Positions 14,571 to 26,399 of a stretch of 64,000 nt of DNA are shown piece by piece (the first letter of the stretch is position 1; each line of letters opens with the position of its first letter). A program made the position numbers and the translations under genes. The notes under the pieces are model-generated. The model was not told the origin of the DNA, made no database searches, and saw only the letters and a program-made list of their open reading frames with translations. The DNA is from Eledone cirrhosa (lineage: Eukaryota): assembly GCA_964016885.1 (NCBI GenBank), contig OZ024740.1, positions 179,180,001 to 179,244,000 of the forward strand, given 5' to 3'.

Positions 14571-14810
14571 CTAAGGAGGGTAAAATTCCCGAGATCCATG
14601 GACGAGTTCTCTCCAGCGGTCACTGTCCCTCATTATCGCTGAGGTTAGCTGGACATGCTCACCGACATCCAGAATTGACATTGCACTCAGTGCTCCTTTG
14701 GGAGCCCCTACATGGACACACTAGAAGAGGAAAACCAAGGTTAACGTATGTTGATGCCCTAAGGACAGACACTGGTCTGTTGGAGACGCAGGACATGGCA
14801 GCGATAATGA
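14571..14810 (-). mobile_element. RTE-like LINE 3' fragment with 5' inversion and 12 bp target-site duplication
   Basis: 14571-14640 is colinear with 24765-24835; 14641-14810 is inverted; aagtataacaat on both flanks. Confidence 0.85.
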
Positions 14811-14917
14811 AAGTATAACAATATATATATGTATAGTTGTTGTAGAGTTGCAGGTAAATGCGTTCGTAGGCGGTATGCCGGTTGAGTACTCGATTCTCGC
14901 GCAGAGCAGAGTATAAT

Positions 14918-15500
14918 ATTATAAAGAACGAGGAATCAGTAATGCATCACACCACAATTTATCAACATATTACATATGTTTCTCCGTCAACCAGCTCGAG
15001 GCAGGATCTATTACAGATGAAACCTGAAGGTTCTTCAGATCTGAAGAACGTTTGAATGCAGAGTCGGGTTCGATCTGTAACAGATCAGCATACTTGAGAG
15101 ATTACCTCTCTGCTAATTTACGACCTCAACTCCGTGGGGGATGCGTGAATCTTGTTTTCACTAATTGACACGTTGATAGCACTTTACTCCAGCAAACACG
15201 ATGGCTAGGAGGCCCTTTCAGGAACTTATATGTCTGTTGGGCACACAAGCAATGGGGCGTTTTTTCTGTCCTTCCGGCGGCATATCAAACAAATCGGATA
15301 ATATCTGAGGATACCGTTCTCATAACAACAACAAATGCACGAAGGACTTCTCGATTGCATGGAGACCCATAGAAATAATTCTAATGATTAAAGGATTTAT
15401 GTAACCTCAGCATCTTATTTTGTTATTTTTATAAAAATCTCCATCGTAACTAAAATCTGCGATTGTTGAGAGCTTTCTCCTGCTTGCTCCTGTGCTTCCG
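14918..15500 (-). pseudogene. Copy B of the lectin-like/mucin remnant (stalk missing)
   Basis: 15080-15425 is homologous to 9570-9810 and 19195-19545; 14918-14978 is homologous to 8495-8545. Confidence 0.4.
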
Positions 15501-15608
<108 letters not shown>

Positions 15609-15850
15609 CATATACAACAAATTTTATATAGCGATGGCCTCTACGGGACTACAACTGTTTCATTCGGAAGAAATCATCAGGAAAGATGATCTCCGAATGA
15701 AACAATTCTAGTCCAGTAGAAACCATTTCTGTATTAAATTTTTGTATATACTCTACTAACGTATTGAGTACTCTACTTACTGTGGACACCCCCGATTGAA
15801 CCCAGGACTCTCTCTCGCTCTCTCTCTCACACACACATATATATATATAC

Positions 15851-16015
<165 letters not shown>

Positions 16016-16132
16016 GAGAGAGAGAGAGATAGATAGATAGATTAGATAGATATTATATATATATGTGTGCATGTGTATGTACCATATATACCATGGTTAA
16101 GCCAGTATTAAACGATAGACCATTATTGAAAA

Positions 16133-16328
16133 GAGGGCGATGGATTGGCAGTATCGGTAGAGGGTCGGACGCCATGCTTTGACGCGTAGAGTTACGGCCT
16201 TTGCCATTCTAAGTTCAAATCCCGCCGAGGTTAACTTTGCCTTTCATCCTTACAGGGTTGATAAAATAAAGTACCAGTAATACACTGGTAATTTGCTGGC
16301 CTTGTGCCAAAAGTAGAAACAATTATTG
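16133..16328 (+). mobile_element. Full SINE copy
   Basis: Matches the SINE consensus head, core and tail. Confidence 0.9.
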
Positions 16329-16384
16329 AACAGAGTACTCGATACTTGAGATAGTAGAGTCTGACTATATTAGAAAGAGTCAAG

Positions 16385-16465
16385 ACCCGACGGCTGGGAT
16401 ATTGTCGTTTCAACAGCTAATTCCAGATTATTAACAAATAGAATTGGTCATCTCATCAGAGGAGT
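16385..16465 (-). ncRNA. Type I hammerhead ribozyme motif with extended stem III
   Basis: Minus strand: actcct CTGATGA ... GAAA cgac...gccg TC gggt; sibling at 37685-37711 has perfect stem III cggc/gccg and a GTC cleavage triplet. Confidence 0.6.
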
Positions 16466-16659
16466 GGCTTAGGTGATTGACGTGTCGGTGTAATAATAGT
16501 TCGTATGTATGTATGTATGTATGTATGTATGTATGTATGTATGTAGTATGTATGTATGTATGTATGTATGTATGTATGTATGTATGTATGTATGTATGTA
16601 TGTATGTATGTATCTATGTATGTATGTATGTATGTATGTATGTATGTATGTATGTATGT

Positions 16660-17580
16660 TTTCTCTTTCTCTTAATTTCGAGTATATTTTTTTGACCGGC
16701 CACCTTCCTGGTGGCAAGGTTGTAAAAGAAAAGAAATTGTCATCCCTTGAATCGCAAGAATGTTTTGCATATTTTGAAGGTGCCAGCTATCGCAGCCATT
16801 TGTAGACTATGAATTAGGGAGCTGCGCTTTTTGTCCGCAAATCCAAGTTCGGTCATACTTTGGTCCAAGCGGGTTGGTATATAACCCGTAGCACCAATAA
16901 TGATGGGTATGAAGCTAAAGGTGTATCTTGGATACTGGATTTGTAAGCTCCTCATCAATGGTCCGTAGATGTCCTCCTTCTCCTGTATTTTTCTGACAAC
17001 GTTTACATCAAGTGGGCAGCTGATCTCCACAACAGAACACGTTTTCAATGTGTGGTCCCAAACTACAATATCAGGCCGGTTGTGCTTTAATTTGGTGGCA
17101 GTTTTTATTTTCAGGTTCCACCAGTATTCCTTAGTGCCATCTGTCTCAATATATTCTTCCTCGTTTGTTGTTAATTTTGTTTTCCGAAGTGCGTTCCAGA
17201 TAGTTCTAGCTATCCCATCGTGTCTCATGGGGAGGTAGTAGCGAGATGACATTCTTTCGCAGCTGGCAACAATGTGGCTTACATCCTCGATCTTTGTTTT
17301 AGATAGCCTACATTTATTGTCAGCTGCTGGCCCTCCTCTTTTGTGCAGCAGATATTTGGTAGGGAGTTCTTGTTCCTGTATTGCATAGAGATATCCCTCA
17401 AGGTGTGATGTCATAAACTTGTCGGAACTCCATGCCAGGCTTTTTGAGTGGTTTATCCCCTCTATGGTCTGTGTTTTACGCCTCAAGTATCCATGCACAA
17501 CTTTCTCTGTAAATTGGTCAATTTTTTTTTCTTGTTTGAACATTGAATAGGATCTTCCGATTTCTCTGGGTGAGAGATTT
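16660..17580 (-). mobile_element. R4/Dong-clade non-LTR retrotransposon, 5'-truncated (zinc knuckle plus restriction-like endonuclease)
   Basis: ORF ending at 16740: EGYLYAIQEQ, CRLS..HIVASC, RHD, RPDIVVWD, VEISCP, K...Y; flanked on both sides by (ATGT)n. Confidence 0.9.
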
Positions 17581-17662
17581 ATATTTGTATGTATGTATGT
17601 ATGTATGTATGTATGTATGTATGTATGTATGTATGTATGTATGTATGCATGCATGCATGCAT

Positions 17663-18652
17663 GCAGAATTCTAGGAGAAGGAAAACTCTGATATAACACC
17701 TGCAACCCTGATGGTATCCAATGATGTTGACTTGTTCTTCTTTTTGGTAAATATCATCTTGGTTAAGAGAGTAGCACTGGCTTTGTGCAGTGCCTTTGTT
17801 CACTATAAAAGCTTCACGGCACAGGCATTGCTTTATATCTGGAGATCTCTCTGCACTTGTCGTCACATGGTACCATGGGCCCAGCACTATGTGTCAGTAA
17901 TTGTCACAAGTGTAGTGTTTGTACCAGAGTTTTCAAGTCGCTGGCTGGACTAAAAAGTCACACTCGTTCAGCACATCGGTAGGGTTCTCCTACATGGATA
18001 TAAAGTAGTGGCCGTACTCGAAAACGAGTTGGCAGCCACCACCATGTATGCATGTATGTATGTATTCATGTATGTATGTATATATGTATGCATATAGTAT
18101 GTTGTCTCATGGTCGGGTCGTTGGCGACTAAACTGGCAACCCCACCAAGGTTTCTTGGTGAGGAGGGTGACTTTGGACATCCTGCTGGACTAAAAACAAA
18201 ACCTGTCAAAGGGAAAAGGAGCTCTTATGAGTCAATGGCCATCCAAAATCACCGGGGAAGATGACCCCTTAGCCTTTGTCAAGGCAGAATTCTAGGAGAA
18301 GGAAAACTCTGATATAACACCTGCATCCAATGATGTTGACTTGTTCTTCTTTTTGGTAAATATCATCTTGGTTAAGAGAGGGGCACTGGCTTTGTGCAGT
18401 GCCTTTGCTCACTATAAAAGCTTCACGGCACAGGCATTGCTTTATATCTGGAGATCTCTCTGCACTTGTCGTCACATGGTACCATGGGCCCAGCACTATG
18501 TGTCAATAATTGTCACAAGTGTAGTGTTTGTACCAGAGTTTTCAAGTCGCTGGCTCGACTAAAAAGTCACACTCGTTCAGCGCATCGGTAGGGGCTCTCC
18601 TACATGTATATAAAGTAGTGGCCGTACTCGAAAACGAGTTGGCAGCCACCAT
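17663..18652 (+). mobile_element. Tandem non-autonomous bipartite RTE derivative (truncated copy 17663-18045; full copy ~18100-18652)
   Basis: RTE 5' UTR-type motif ctaggagaaggaaaactctga; 3' part encodes CSVCTRVFKSLAGLKSHTRSAHR*, the C2H2 finger typical of RTE ORF C-termini; tail runs into (TATG)n. Confidence 0.7.
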
Positions 18653-18691
18653 ATAGTATGTATATATATGTATATATATAAATATATACAG

Positions 18692-19717
18692 GTTCCGAAG
18701 AGACTGTTTTGGCAAAAACAGGAACAAGCAGGAGAAAGCTCTCAACATTCGTAGTTTGTAGTTACGATGGAGATTCAGTATAATAATTGTTTCTAATTAT
18801 GGCACAAGGACAGCAATTATCGCAGTCAATTACTGGTACTTTATTTTATCGATCCCATAAGGATGAAAGGCAAAGTTAACCCCGGCGGGATTTGAACTCT
18901 GAAAATAAAGGGCCGTAACTCTTTACTGCAATGCATGGTGTCTGACCCTCTACCGATACTGCCAATCCACCGTATAATAATTGTTTCTACTTTTTGGCAC
19001 AAGGCCAGACATTTTCCTAGTGTATTACTGGTACTTTATTTCATCGACCCCGTAAGGATGAAAGGCAAAGTTAACCTCGGCGGGATTTGAACTCAGATCA
19101 TAAAGGGCCATAACTCTTTGCTGCAAAGTATGGCGTCCGACCCTCTGCCGATACTGCCAATCCACCGTCATAAATTCACCGTATAATAATAACATTATGA
19201 AAGATGCTGATGTTACATAAATCGTTTATTCATTATAATTATTTCAACGGTTCTCCCATGCAAACAAGATGTAATTCATGCATTTGTTGTTGTTATGAGA
19301 ACGGCATCCTCAGATAAAATTTGGTTTTGGGATATGCCGCCGGCAGGAAAAAACACGTCCTTCTGCTCGTGCGCACGGTAGACATATGAGATCCTAAAAC
19401 GGTCTCCCAGCCATCGTGTTTACTGGAGTAAAGTGCTATCCATGTGCCAATTAGCGAAATCAGGATTCACGGACTCCCCACGGAATTAGGGTTGTAAATC
19501 AACAAAAGGGTAACTCCTCAAGTGTATTGTGTTGATCTGTATGAAACAAGAGTCTATTCGTAGCTAGAATCCAACAGCTAGTGGAAGCAATAAACGGAAC
19601 TCTGAGGGAGGGTGAGCTATACATTTTGATGACAGCCAAATTCAAGACAACAGCTACAACAACAGTAACAACAGCAACAACGACGACAACAACAGCAAAC
19701 CCTACCAACATCGCCTA
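18692..19717 (+). pseudogene. Copy C of the lectin-like/mucin remnant, split by two SINEs
   Basis: After ag at 18690-18691, GSEETVLAKTGTSRRKLSTFVVCSYDGD matches copy B; 19195-19700 is an inverted homolog of 9440-9810, ending in aca-rich (Thr-type) repeats. Confidence 0.4.
18782..19170 (-). mobile_element. Tandem pair of SINE copies
   Basis: Two reverse-complement matches to the SINE consensus. Confidence 0.9.
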
Positions 19718-19890
19718 AATTGGCCGTTGTAGTCGAGATCTCAGTCGTCTTGGGACCCCAGACAACTGACTTCCTCCATAAAATCGGTTTGATAGCAACC
19801 CGTCGGAGAAAGGAACCCCACGAGTTAGGGTGGCTGTTGCAGCGGTTGTCGCTGGCCATTATCCTCGGAAATACGTTTGCAAATGTGTCC
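19718..19890 (+). mobile_element. 3' fragment of a CRE-like (RLE) retrotransposon
   Basis: VVEISVVLGPQTTDFLHKIG...EPHELGWLLQRLSLAIILGN matches the C-terminal RLE motif ET.G..GP....FL..IG....WL.QRLS.AI.RGN. Confidence 0.65.
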
Positions 19891-21185
19891 CTTTCTTTCT
19901 TCCTTTGTCTAACTGTCATTGCTCTTCTCCTCCTTTGCCTCTCATTTATAGTTTTTATAATGATTGCCAATGCTGCTTTCTTCTTCTGTGTGTTTGACCA
20001 ATTCATAGTTATATCAACAATAGGCATAAATAAATGCTGTTCTTCAGGGCCTTGCTCTCTTCCTTGTAATATTTTAATGAACATATCTTCACCACTTTAT
20101 CCAACTGCGGCCCATTTCTCTCTTTCTCTTATATATATTCATAACATAAAGAAAATTAAAACTGACGCAATTGTGCTCTACCTTTTACTGGATAGTGTAC
20201 TAGTGAAGTTAGTCACAGTATATTGATGTCGTCTTCTAGCTTTACTCTTTACATTTTGTATAAGGTGAATGACTGCCATTGGATTATTTAAAATTGATAT
20301 TTAGAACTTTCGGTCGTATATGTGCGTGTATTGGATGTTGATTCCGTTGAGTATGATTGGAAGTATGAGATAATATTCTCTAGAGTTCGGGGGACGAATA
20401 GTAATCAAATGTAACTCTAAATTTAATTTTGTCAAATTGATAAAGGTTTAAAGATCGAGAGATGAAATTTCTAATTCTGGCTAAGAAGTCAAGTATTAAT
20501 AAATAGAGAAAATTGGTTTCTGATGAAAAAGTATAAAAGCCGGAACCAGAATACACGAACTTTGGAAGTTGGGAATTTATTACCAATGGACATTAAACTT
20601 TCACCACTAAATTTATGGTGTATAATTCCTCTCTTGTAATTACGCTTAAATTCTCTAGACAACAATGATTATATGAGGTCTGTATATCAGAAAGTCCTGC
20701 TGGAGAAGTAACTGAAATCTGGTTAATGGAGGTAGTAAGACGACAGTTTCTGATTATAAAACTTGCATGTAATTGTGCGTGCTAAGTATTTCATACATCT
20801 ATTGTAGTCTAAGTCACTACGGAGAAAATATCCCATTATCAATGAACCGAAAGGGAACTTGATAGAAATAGTAGCTAAACATAGCGTCACAGCAAACTTT
20901 AAAGTAATAAATATCAATAAATACACCTCCGTCGGATACGACGGTGTGATTTCCAGTTGGTCTACGAATGGAGCGACCTATACTTTAAATAAATATGTGT
21001 TTCACAGACCAATGTACTTTTATCGTAACTGTTGCGTGGAATGAGCATCACAGTGTGACAAGATTGCACATTTAAATTACTAGTTACAAGTACAGTTCAT
21101 CCAATGAGTATTTACATAGTTTCTGGCAAACTTCCTAACCTTTCGGTTACGTTGCAGCCCCATGTATATCAAATCACTACCTAAC
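19890..21185 (-). pseudogene. Decayed type I membrane protein, possibly Ig-superfamily; partial duplicate at ~21850-22460
   Basis: After the tttcag acceptor: WGCNVTE...STLVCET, APFVDQLEITPSYPTEV..ITLK, RTITCK; TM-like STIASVLIFFML*IYIR at ~20130-20178; many stops; 20815-21072 duplicated at 22085-22343. Confidence 0.35.
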
Positions 21186-21626
21186 TGAAAATACACATTG
21201 AATAAGTTAATGTCTCAGGGAAGAAATCAAAAAGACGTCATGGATCGAAAGCTGAACATAATATTTACTATTCAGTCAGTGATGGGAGATCAACGCCCAT
21301 GATCCCATTACTTAAGACTAATGGTTGGAAGGGAAGAAATTACCCTAAACTAAAAGCCTCGCTCAAATATTAACAACAGATTACACTTCAAAGAAATCAC
21401 CCCAAAACAAGGAGGTTGCGTTAAACCAGGTGACTGATTAAATCTACCATTCAAGAACTCAGAACGCAAATAACTAGAACAGTAGGCATCGAATCCAATA
21501 TTCTAACAATCCGCCAATTTAATACCTAAGACTGATAATATATATTATTGACTACAAAAAAGCGGAACAATTACTAGAGGATATTTTATCCCCACGCTTA
21601 GTTGACACTGCCAATTTGCCGTCTAA

Positions 21627-21810
21627 ATAATTGATTCTACTTTTGGCACAAGCAATTATCCCAGTGCATTACTGGTACTTTATTTTATCGACCCCGTAAG
21701 GATGAAAGACAAAGTTAATCTCGGCGGGATTTGAACTCAGACCGTAAAGGGGAGTATCTCCATGCTACAAAGCAGGGCATCCGACCCACTACCGATAGTG
21801 CCAATCCACA
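21627..21810 (-). mobile_element. SINE copy
   Basis: Reverse-complement match to the SINE consensus. Confidence 0.85.
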
Positions 21811-22508
21811 CCAATATATTCCATTAACAATTTACTTATTGTAGCGTCAATAAAAATTTTCTTTCTGTAAGTTATTTTAAAAGGATAATGCTAGGGAGTC
21901 TTTCGTTTGCTTTTTCCATGCCGATAGGATGGATTCGATGTTGGTACTACTGTCAGTTAATGAAATAGTCTATAGTTAATCAGAACGATCGGGTTTGATT
22001 AGTTTCGGGAACCTACGGGATTTTGAGGTCCATCACACTGAGAGACACCTGGAGTAAATAACCCTAACATAGTTTCAGATTGTTACTACGGAGAAAAATA
22101 TCCCATTATCAATGAACCGAAAGGGAACTTGATAGAAATAGTAGCTAAACATAGCGTCACAGCAAACCTTAAAGTAATAAATATCAATAAATAGACCTCC
22201 GTCGGATACGACGGTGTGATTTCCAGTTGGTCTACAAATGGAGCGACCTATACTTTAAATAAATATGTGTTTCACAGAACAATGTACTTTTATCGTAACT
22301 GTTGTGTGGGATGAGCATCACAGTGTGACAAGATTGCACATTTAGTACATTCCTTGTGCGATGAATTTAATTGAAAAAAGTATGAGGAAGGTCATCTCTT
22401 GTTGTGGGATCAGATACAGAGGAGCAGCACCTTGAACCACTTAATCAACAGGTGGCAGCTGACGTTAACAAAGAGGTGACTGATTGTTTCTAATCCTACA
22501 CACACACG

Positions 22509-22591
<83 letters not shown>

Positions 22592-22644
22592 CGTTTCTGA
22601 ATTTGTTTAGCAGGATTCTTTATCTGAAAACGTGTGTTGAAACC

Positions 22645-24211
22645 GATATTGTTATACTTTGGGAGGGTCATGTTGCCAATAAGAAACACACGCACCAATT
22701 ACTTTCACTCCAATTTATTATAAATTAAATTATAAATTTTTAAAAATTTATAAATTTCCGATTGGTTGGTTGGTTCCACAACCGGACGGTTGTTCATATA
22801 TTGTCAAAGTTATTTCGTCACACATTCTGTGACCTCTTCAGTCACTGGGATTCTTTTCTTTGTTTTGTGCCTCTCCTTTGTTCTGTCCTACGCCATCTTG
22901 TTTTTGTGTGTGTTGTGTGCTTAGTTTGCGCATGTGTTACATCCGGGTGTCTGTGTGTGTTTTTATTTGTTTATTTATTTATTTACATGTTACTGGTTGG
23001 TTGTTTGTTCTATGTGTGTGTGTGTTTTCATTTTTCTTTAATTGTAAGTTGTGATGTTGCTATTCCATTCATGTTTTCTATTTAATTTTGGTTGGAGTTC
23101 ATTTATGTTTATTGCCTCTGTGATTTGTCTAAACATTGCGTCTTTTCTGAGTGTAGATTTTATTTTTATTTCTATGTTCTCTAATTTGACCTTATGTTCT
23201 ATTTTAGCATGTTGGTGGAGTATTGATGATTCTTTTCTATCTTGAAGCTCTTGCCAGTGCTTATTTAATCGTTCTCCTATACTACGAGCTGTCTCACCTA
23301 TGTACACTATATTCTTATCTTTACATTGTCCTTCACTACATCTTATGCTATATACTATGTTTCTAGTTTTGCAGTTAATAGGGGGGGGGGGCTTAGTTTA
23401 CAGATTATGAATGTCCTATCTATACAGGGAGGTCTTTGAAAAGGGTATGTATTACTGATAAGTGTTTTTATGGAGGTACCTGGTCTTTCTACTATCTTGA
23501 TATTTAGTTTAAGTTTATCTAGGGCCCTTCTAAATTTGTAAGCTAGTTCACCTCTAGGGGTTGTATTGATGAACATTACACTTTGGTATTTATTGCTATC
23601 ATACCATGAGTTTATTCTATTAACCTTATTCCTAGTTCTTTCTATTCTATTCCAAAATGTTCTCCTATACAAGGGGCAGGTCCCATTTGTATCATTATTT
23701 TCCATTTTTTCCCCATTTGGTTTTGGCTCCTCTATATACTCTGATTTTATCTCTCTGATTGTAACCATTGAACTGCATACGGTGGATGAAGTGTTGTATG
23801 TGTCTACACACAGAAAAGACGCAATGTTGAGACAAATCACAGAGGCAATAAACATAAATGAACTCCAACCAAAATTTAATAGAAAACGTGTAAATAAACA
23901 AATAAATAAACAAATAAAAACACATGCGCAAACTTTAGCACACAACACACACAAAGACAAGATGGCGTAGGACAGAACAAAGGAGAGGCACAAAACAAAG
24001 AAAATAATCCTCAGTGACTGAAGAGGTCACAGAATGTGTGACGAAAGAACTTTGACAATATATGAACAACCGCCCGGTTGTGGAACCAACCAACCAACCG
24101 GAAATTTATAAATTTTTAAAAATTTATAATTTAATTTATAATAAATTGGGGTGAAAGCAACTGGTGCGTGTATTTCTTATTGGCAACATGACCCTCCCAA
24201 AGTATAACAAT
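22645..24211 (-). mobile_element. 5'-truncated Penelope-like element (GIY-YIG endonuclease) with inverted pseudo-LTR
   Basis: YSIRC...VYIGETARSIGERLNKH...RQITEAI...LNRKHEW at 23038-23355; 23805-24211 is an inverted copy of the 3' end. Confidence 0.9.
22795..22846 (-). ncRNA. Hammerhead core (mirror copy 24013-24063, plus strand)
   Basis: CTGAAGA, stem II gtcaca/tgtgac, GAAA; stems I and III weak. Confidence 0.55.
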
Positions 24212-24363
24212 ATATATATATATATATTAGAAAGTGAGTTTTTTTTTACAAAATGAAAAATAACCGAGGTGTCCTACACGAGTGGAAGTATAAAAAAAAG
24301 GGATGAAATCGAAAATGCAACTGAAGTCTTATTTTTTTTTAAAATATATATATTTATTTGGTT

Positions 24364-24401
24364 CCTTTACCGGTTTCGCAGTTCTTCTGCTTTTCAAAAG
24401 G
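24364..24401 (-). ncRNA. Minimal type I hammerhead, U3-A8 variant
   Basis: cctt TTGAAAA gcag-aagaa-ctgc GAAA ccgg TA aagg. Confidence 0.65.
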
Positions 24402-24733
24402 TGAGTTGAGATGGAGGGTCTGTGGTTTTTCTCACATCTGATATATATATATATGTAAATAAGGATGGTATTCCGAAGTGTATTGGGAAATAACTACAGT
24501 TATATAAGGTACTTAATTCCTTTGTTGAGAATAAACATATTTATTTTGTATAGAAATAATATCTACAGGAGTGGAACTGTTTCATTCGTAAATCGCCAAG
24601 AAATGATAAAATTGGTCTGATTCATTATTTACAGGCTTGTTTTGGATGGATGTTGAGAGATTGGAGAGGGTTGAGTATGAAGAAAGAGTCGTGGGGAAGT
24701 AATTGGAAGGATACGTTATACACCCCCCCCCCC

Positions 24734-24764
<31 letters not shown>

Positions 24765-25245
24765 CTAGGGCGGGTAAAATTCCCGAGATCCATGGACGAG
24801 TTCTCTCCAGCGGTCTCTGTCCCTCATTATCGCTGCCATGTCCTGCGTCTCCAACAGACCAGTGTCTGTCCTTAGGGCATCAACATACGTTAACCTTGGT
24901 CTTGCTCTTCCAGAGTGTCCATGCAGGGGCTGCCACAGGAGCACTGAGTGCAGTTTCAACTCTGGATGTCGGTGAGTATGTCCAGCTAACCTCAGTCTCC
25001 TCTGTGTCACTTTTGAGCTGACTTTTGGGAGGCTCCCATACAGCTCTGAGTTTTTCATCCTCAGTGTATACTGATTAATGTTCAGAGCCATCCTCAGCAT
25101 TCTCGTATTGCACCCATCCACCATCTGAGTGAGTTTCTTGGTCAGTGTCTAAGTCTCAAACCCGTACAGCAGCACAGACTCCACTACAGCAATGAAGAGG
25201 CGGATCTTCAGGTCTTTACGAAGGTCCGACTTCCACACCGATCCC
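24765..25245 (-). mobile_element. RTE-like LINE 3' fragment
   Basis: VESVLLYG.E...DGCNTRMLRMAL...RRLRLAGHTHRHPE...GRARPRLTYVD...MRDRDRWR. Confidence 0.85.
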
Positions 25246-25265
25246 AAACACTGTGGTACGCCGCA

Positions 25266-25385
25266 TTAAATTTCCACTGAAGATATATTCCTTATGTTAT
25301 TGATCATATATCAAATGAAAAATCTAATCGAATCTACAACTACATGCACACACACAAAACACACACACATACACACACACACACA

Positions 25386-25441
<56 letters not shown>

Positions 25442-25551
25442 AGTGTGTATGTGTTTCGTGTGTGCGTGCGCATGTTGTTGTAGATTCGATTAGATTTTTC
25501 ATTTGATATATGATCAATAACATAAGGAATATATCTTCAGTTGAAATTTAA
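25266..25551. repeat. Near-perfect ~285 bp palindrome centred on (TA)n
   Basis: Arms are reverse complements, giving nearly the same ORF on both strands. Confidence 0.95.
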
Positions 25552-26051
25552 TTTACAACAAACAAAATATAAAACAAATACATTAGAAGCCAAATTATCA
25601 TGCTGAAAATTAATTCAGAGAACATTTACTGGTGTCACATTGTATGTAATCATTACACACCGAATATAAATTTAGATGCCTTTGAAATATTATTTATTTA
25701 TGAATATTTCCTGCGTTAGAAATTATTGTTTCTGACGACAGAATTTATTGCTTGCAATAATACGATGAAGCACCGAAAGTTCATTAAAATTTGGACATGA
25801 GATCAAACCTTCTCCTGTATATCAATGTCATTTTGCAACGAAGCATCAACACTTTGTGAGAGAAGAGAATATAGTGATCTTGTACATATAGTAGTAGAAG
25901 ATTGTATCTAATGGATATCTAACATTAAAATCAAAAGAAGACGATGAAATATATAGTAAAATGTCAAATATTTTAGATTTAACTGATTTTATTATTGATG
26001 TTGTTGGACAGCAAAGACTAGCTTACCCGATTCTTAGTCTGCTGACGCTAA

Positions 26052-26130
<79 letters not shown>

Positions 26131-26211
26131 GATTGATAGAGAAATATAGATAGATAGATAGATAGATAGATAAATAGATAAATAGATAGAGAGAGAGAGT
26201 GAGTGAGAGAG

Positions 26212-26351
<140 letters not shown>

Positions 26352-26399
26352 GGGGAGAGTGCTTCATTTGATAATCAGACTACAGAGATCGGTTTAGCT

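Noticed and set aside
18505-18590. C2H2 zinc-finger host gene
   Set aside because: Single finger at the 3' end of an RTE-derived repeat, duplicated with that repeat
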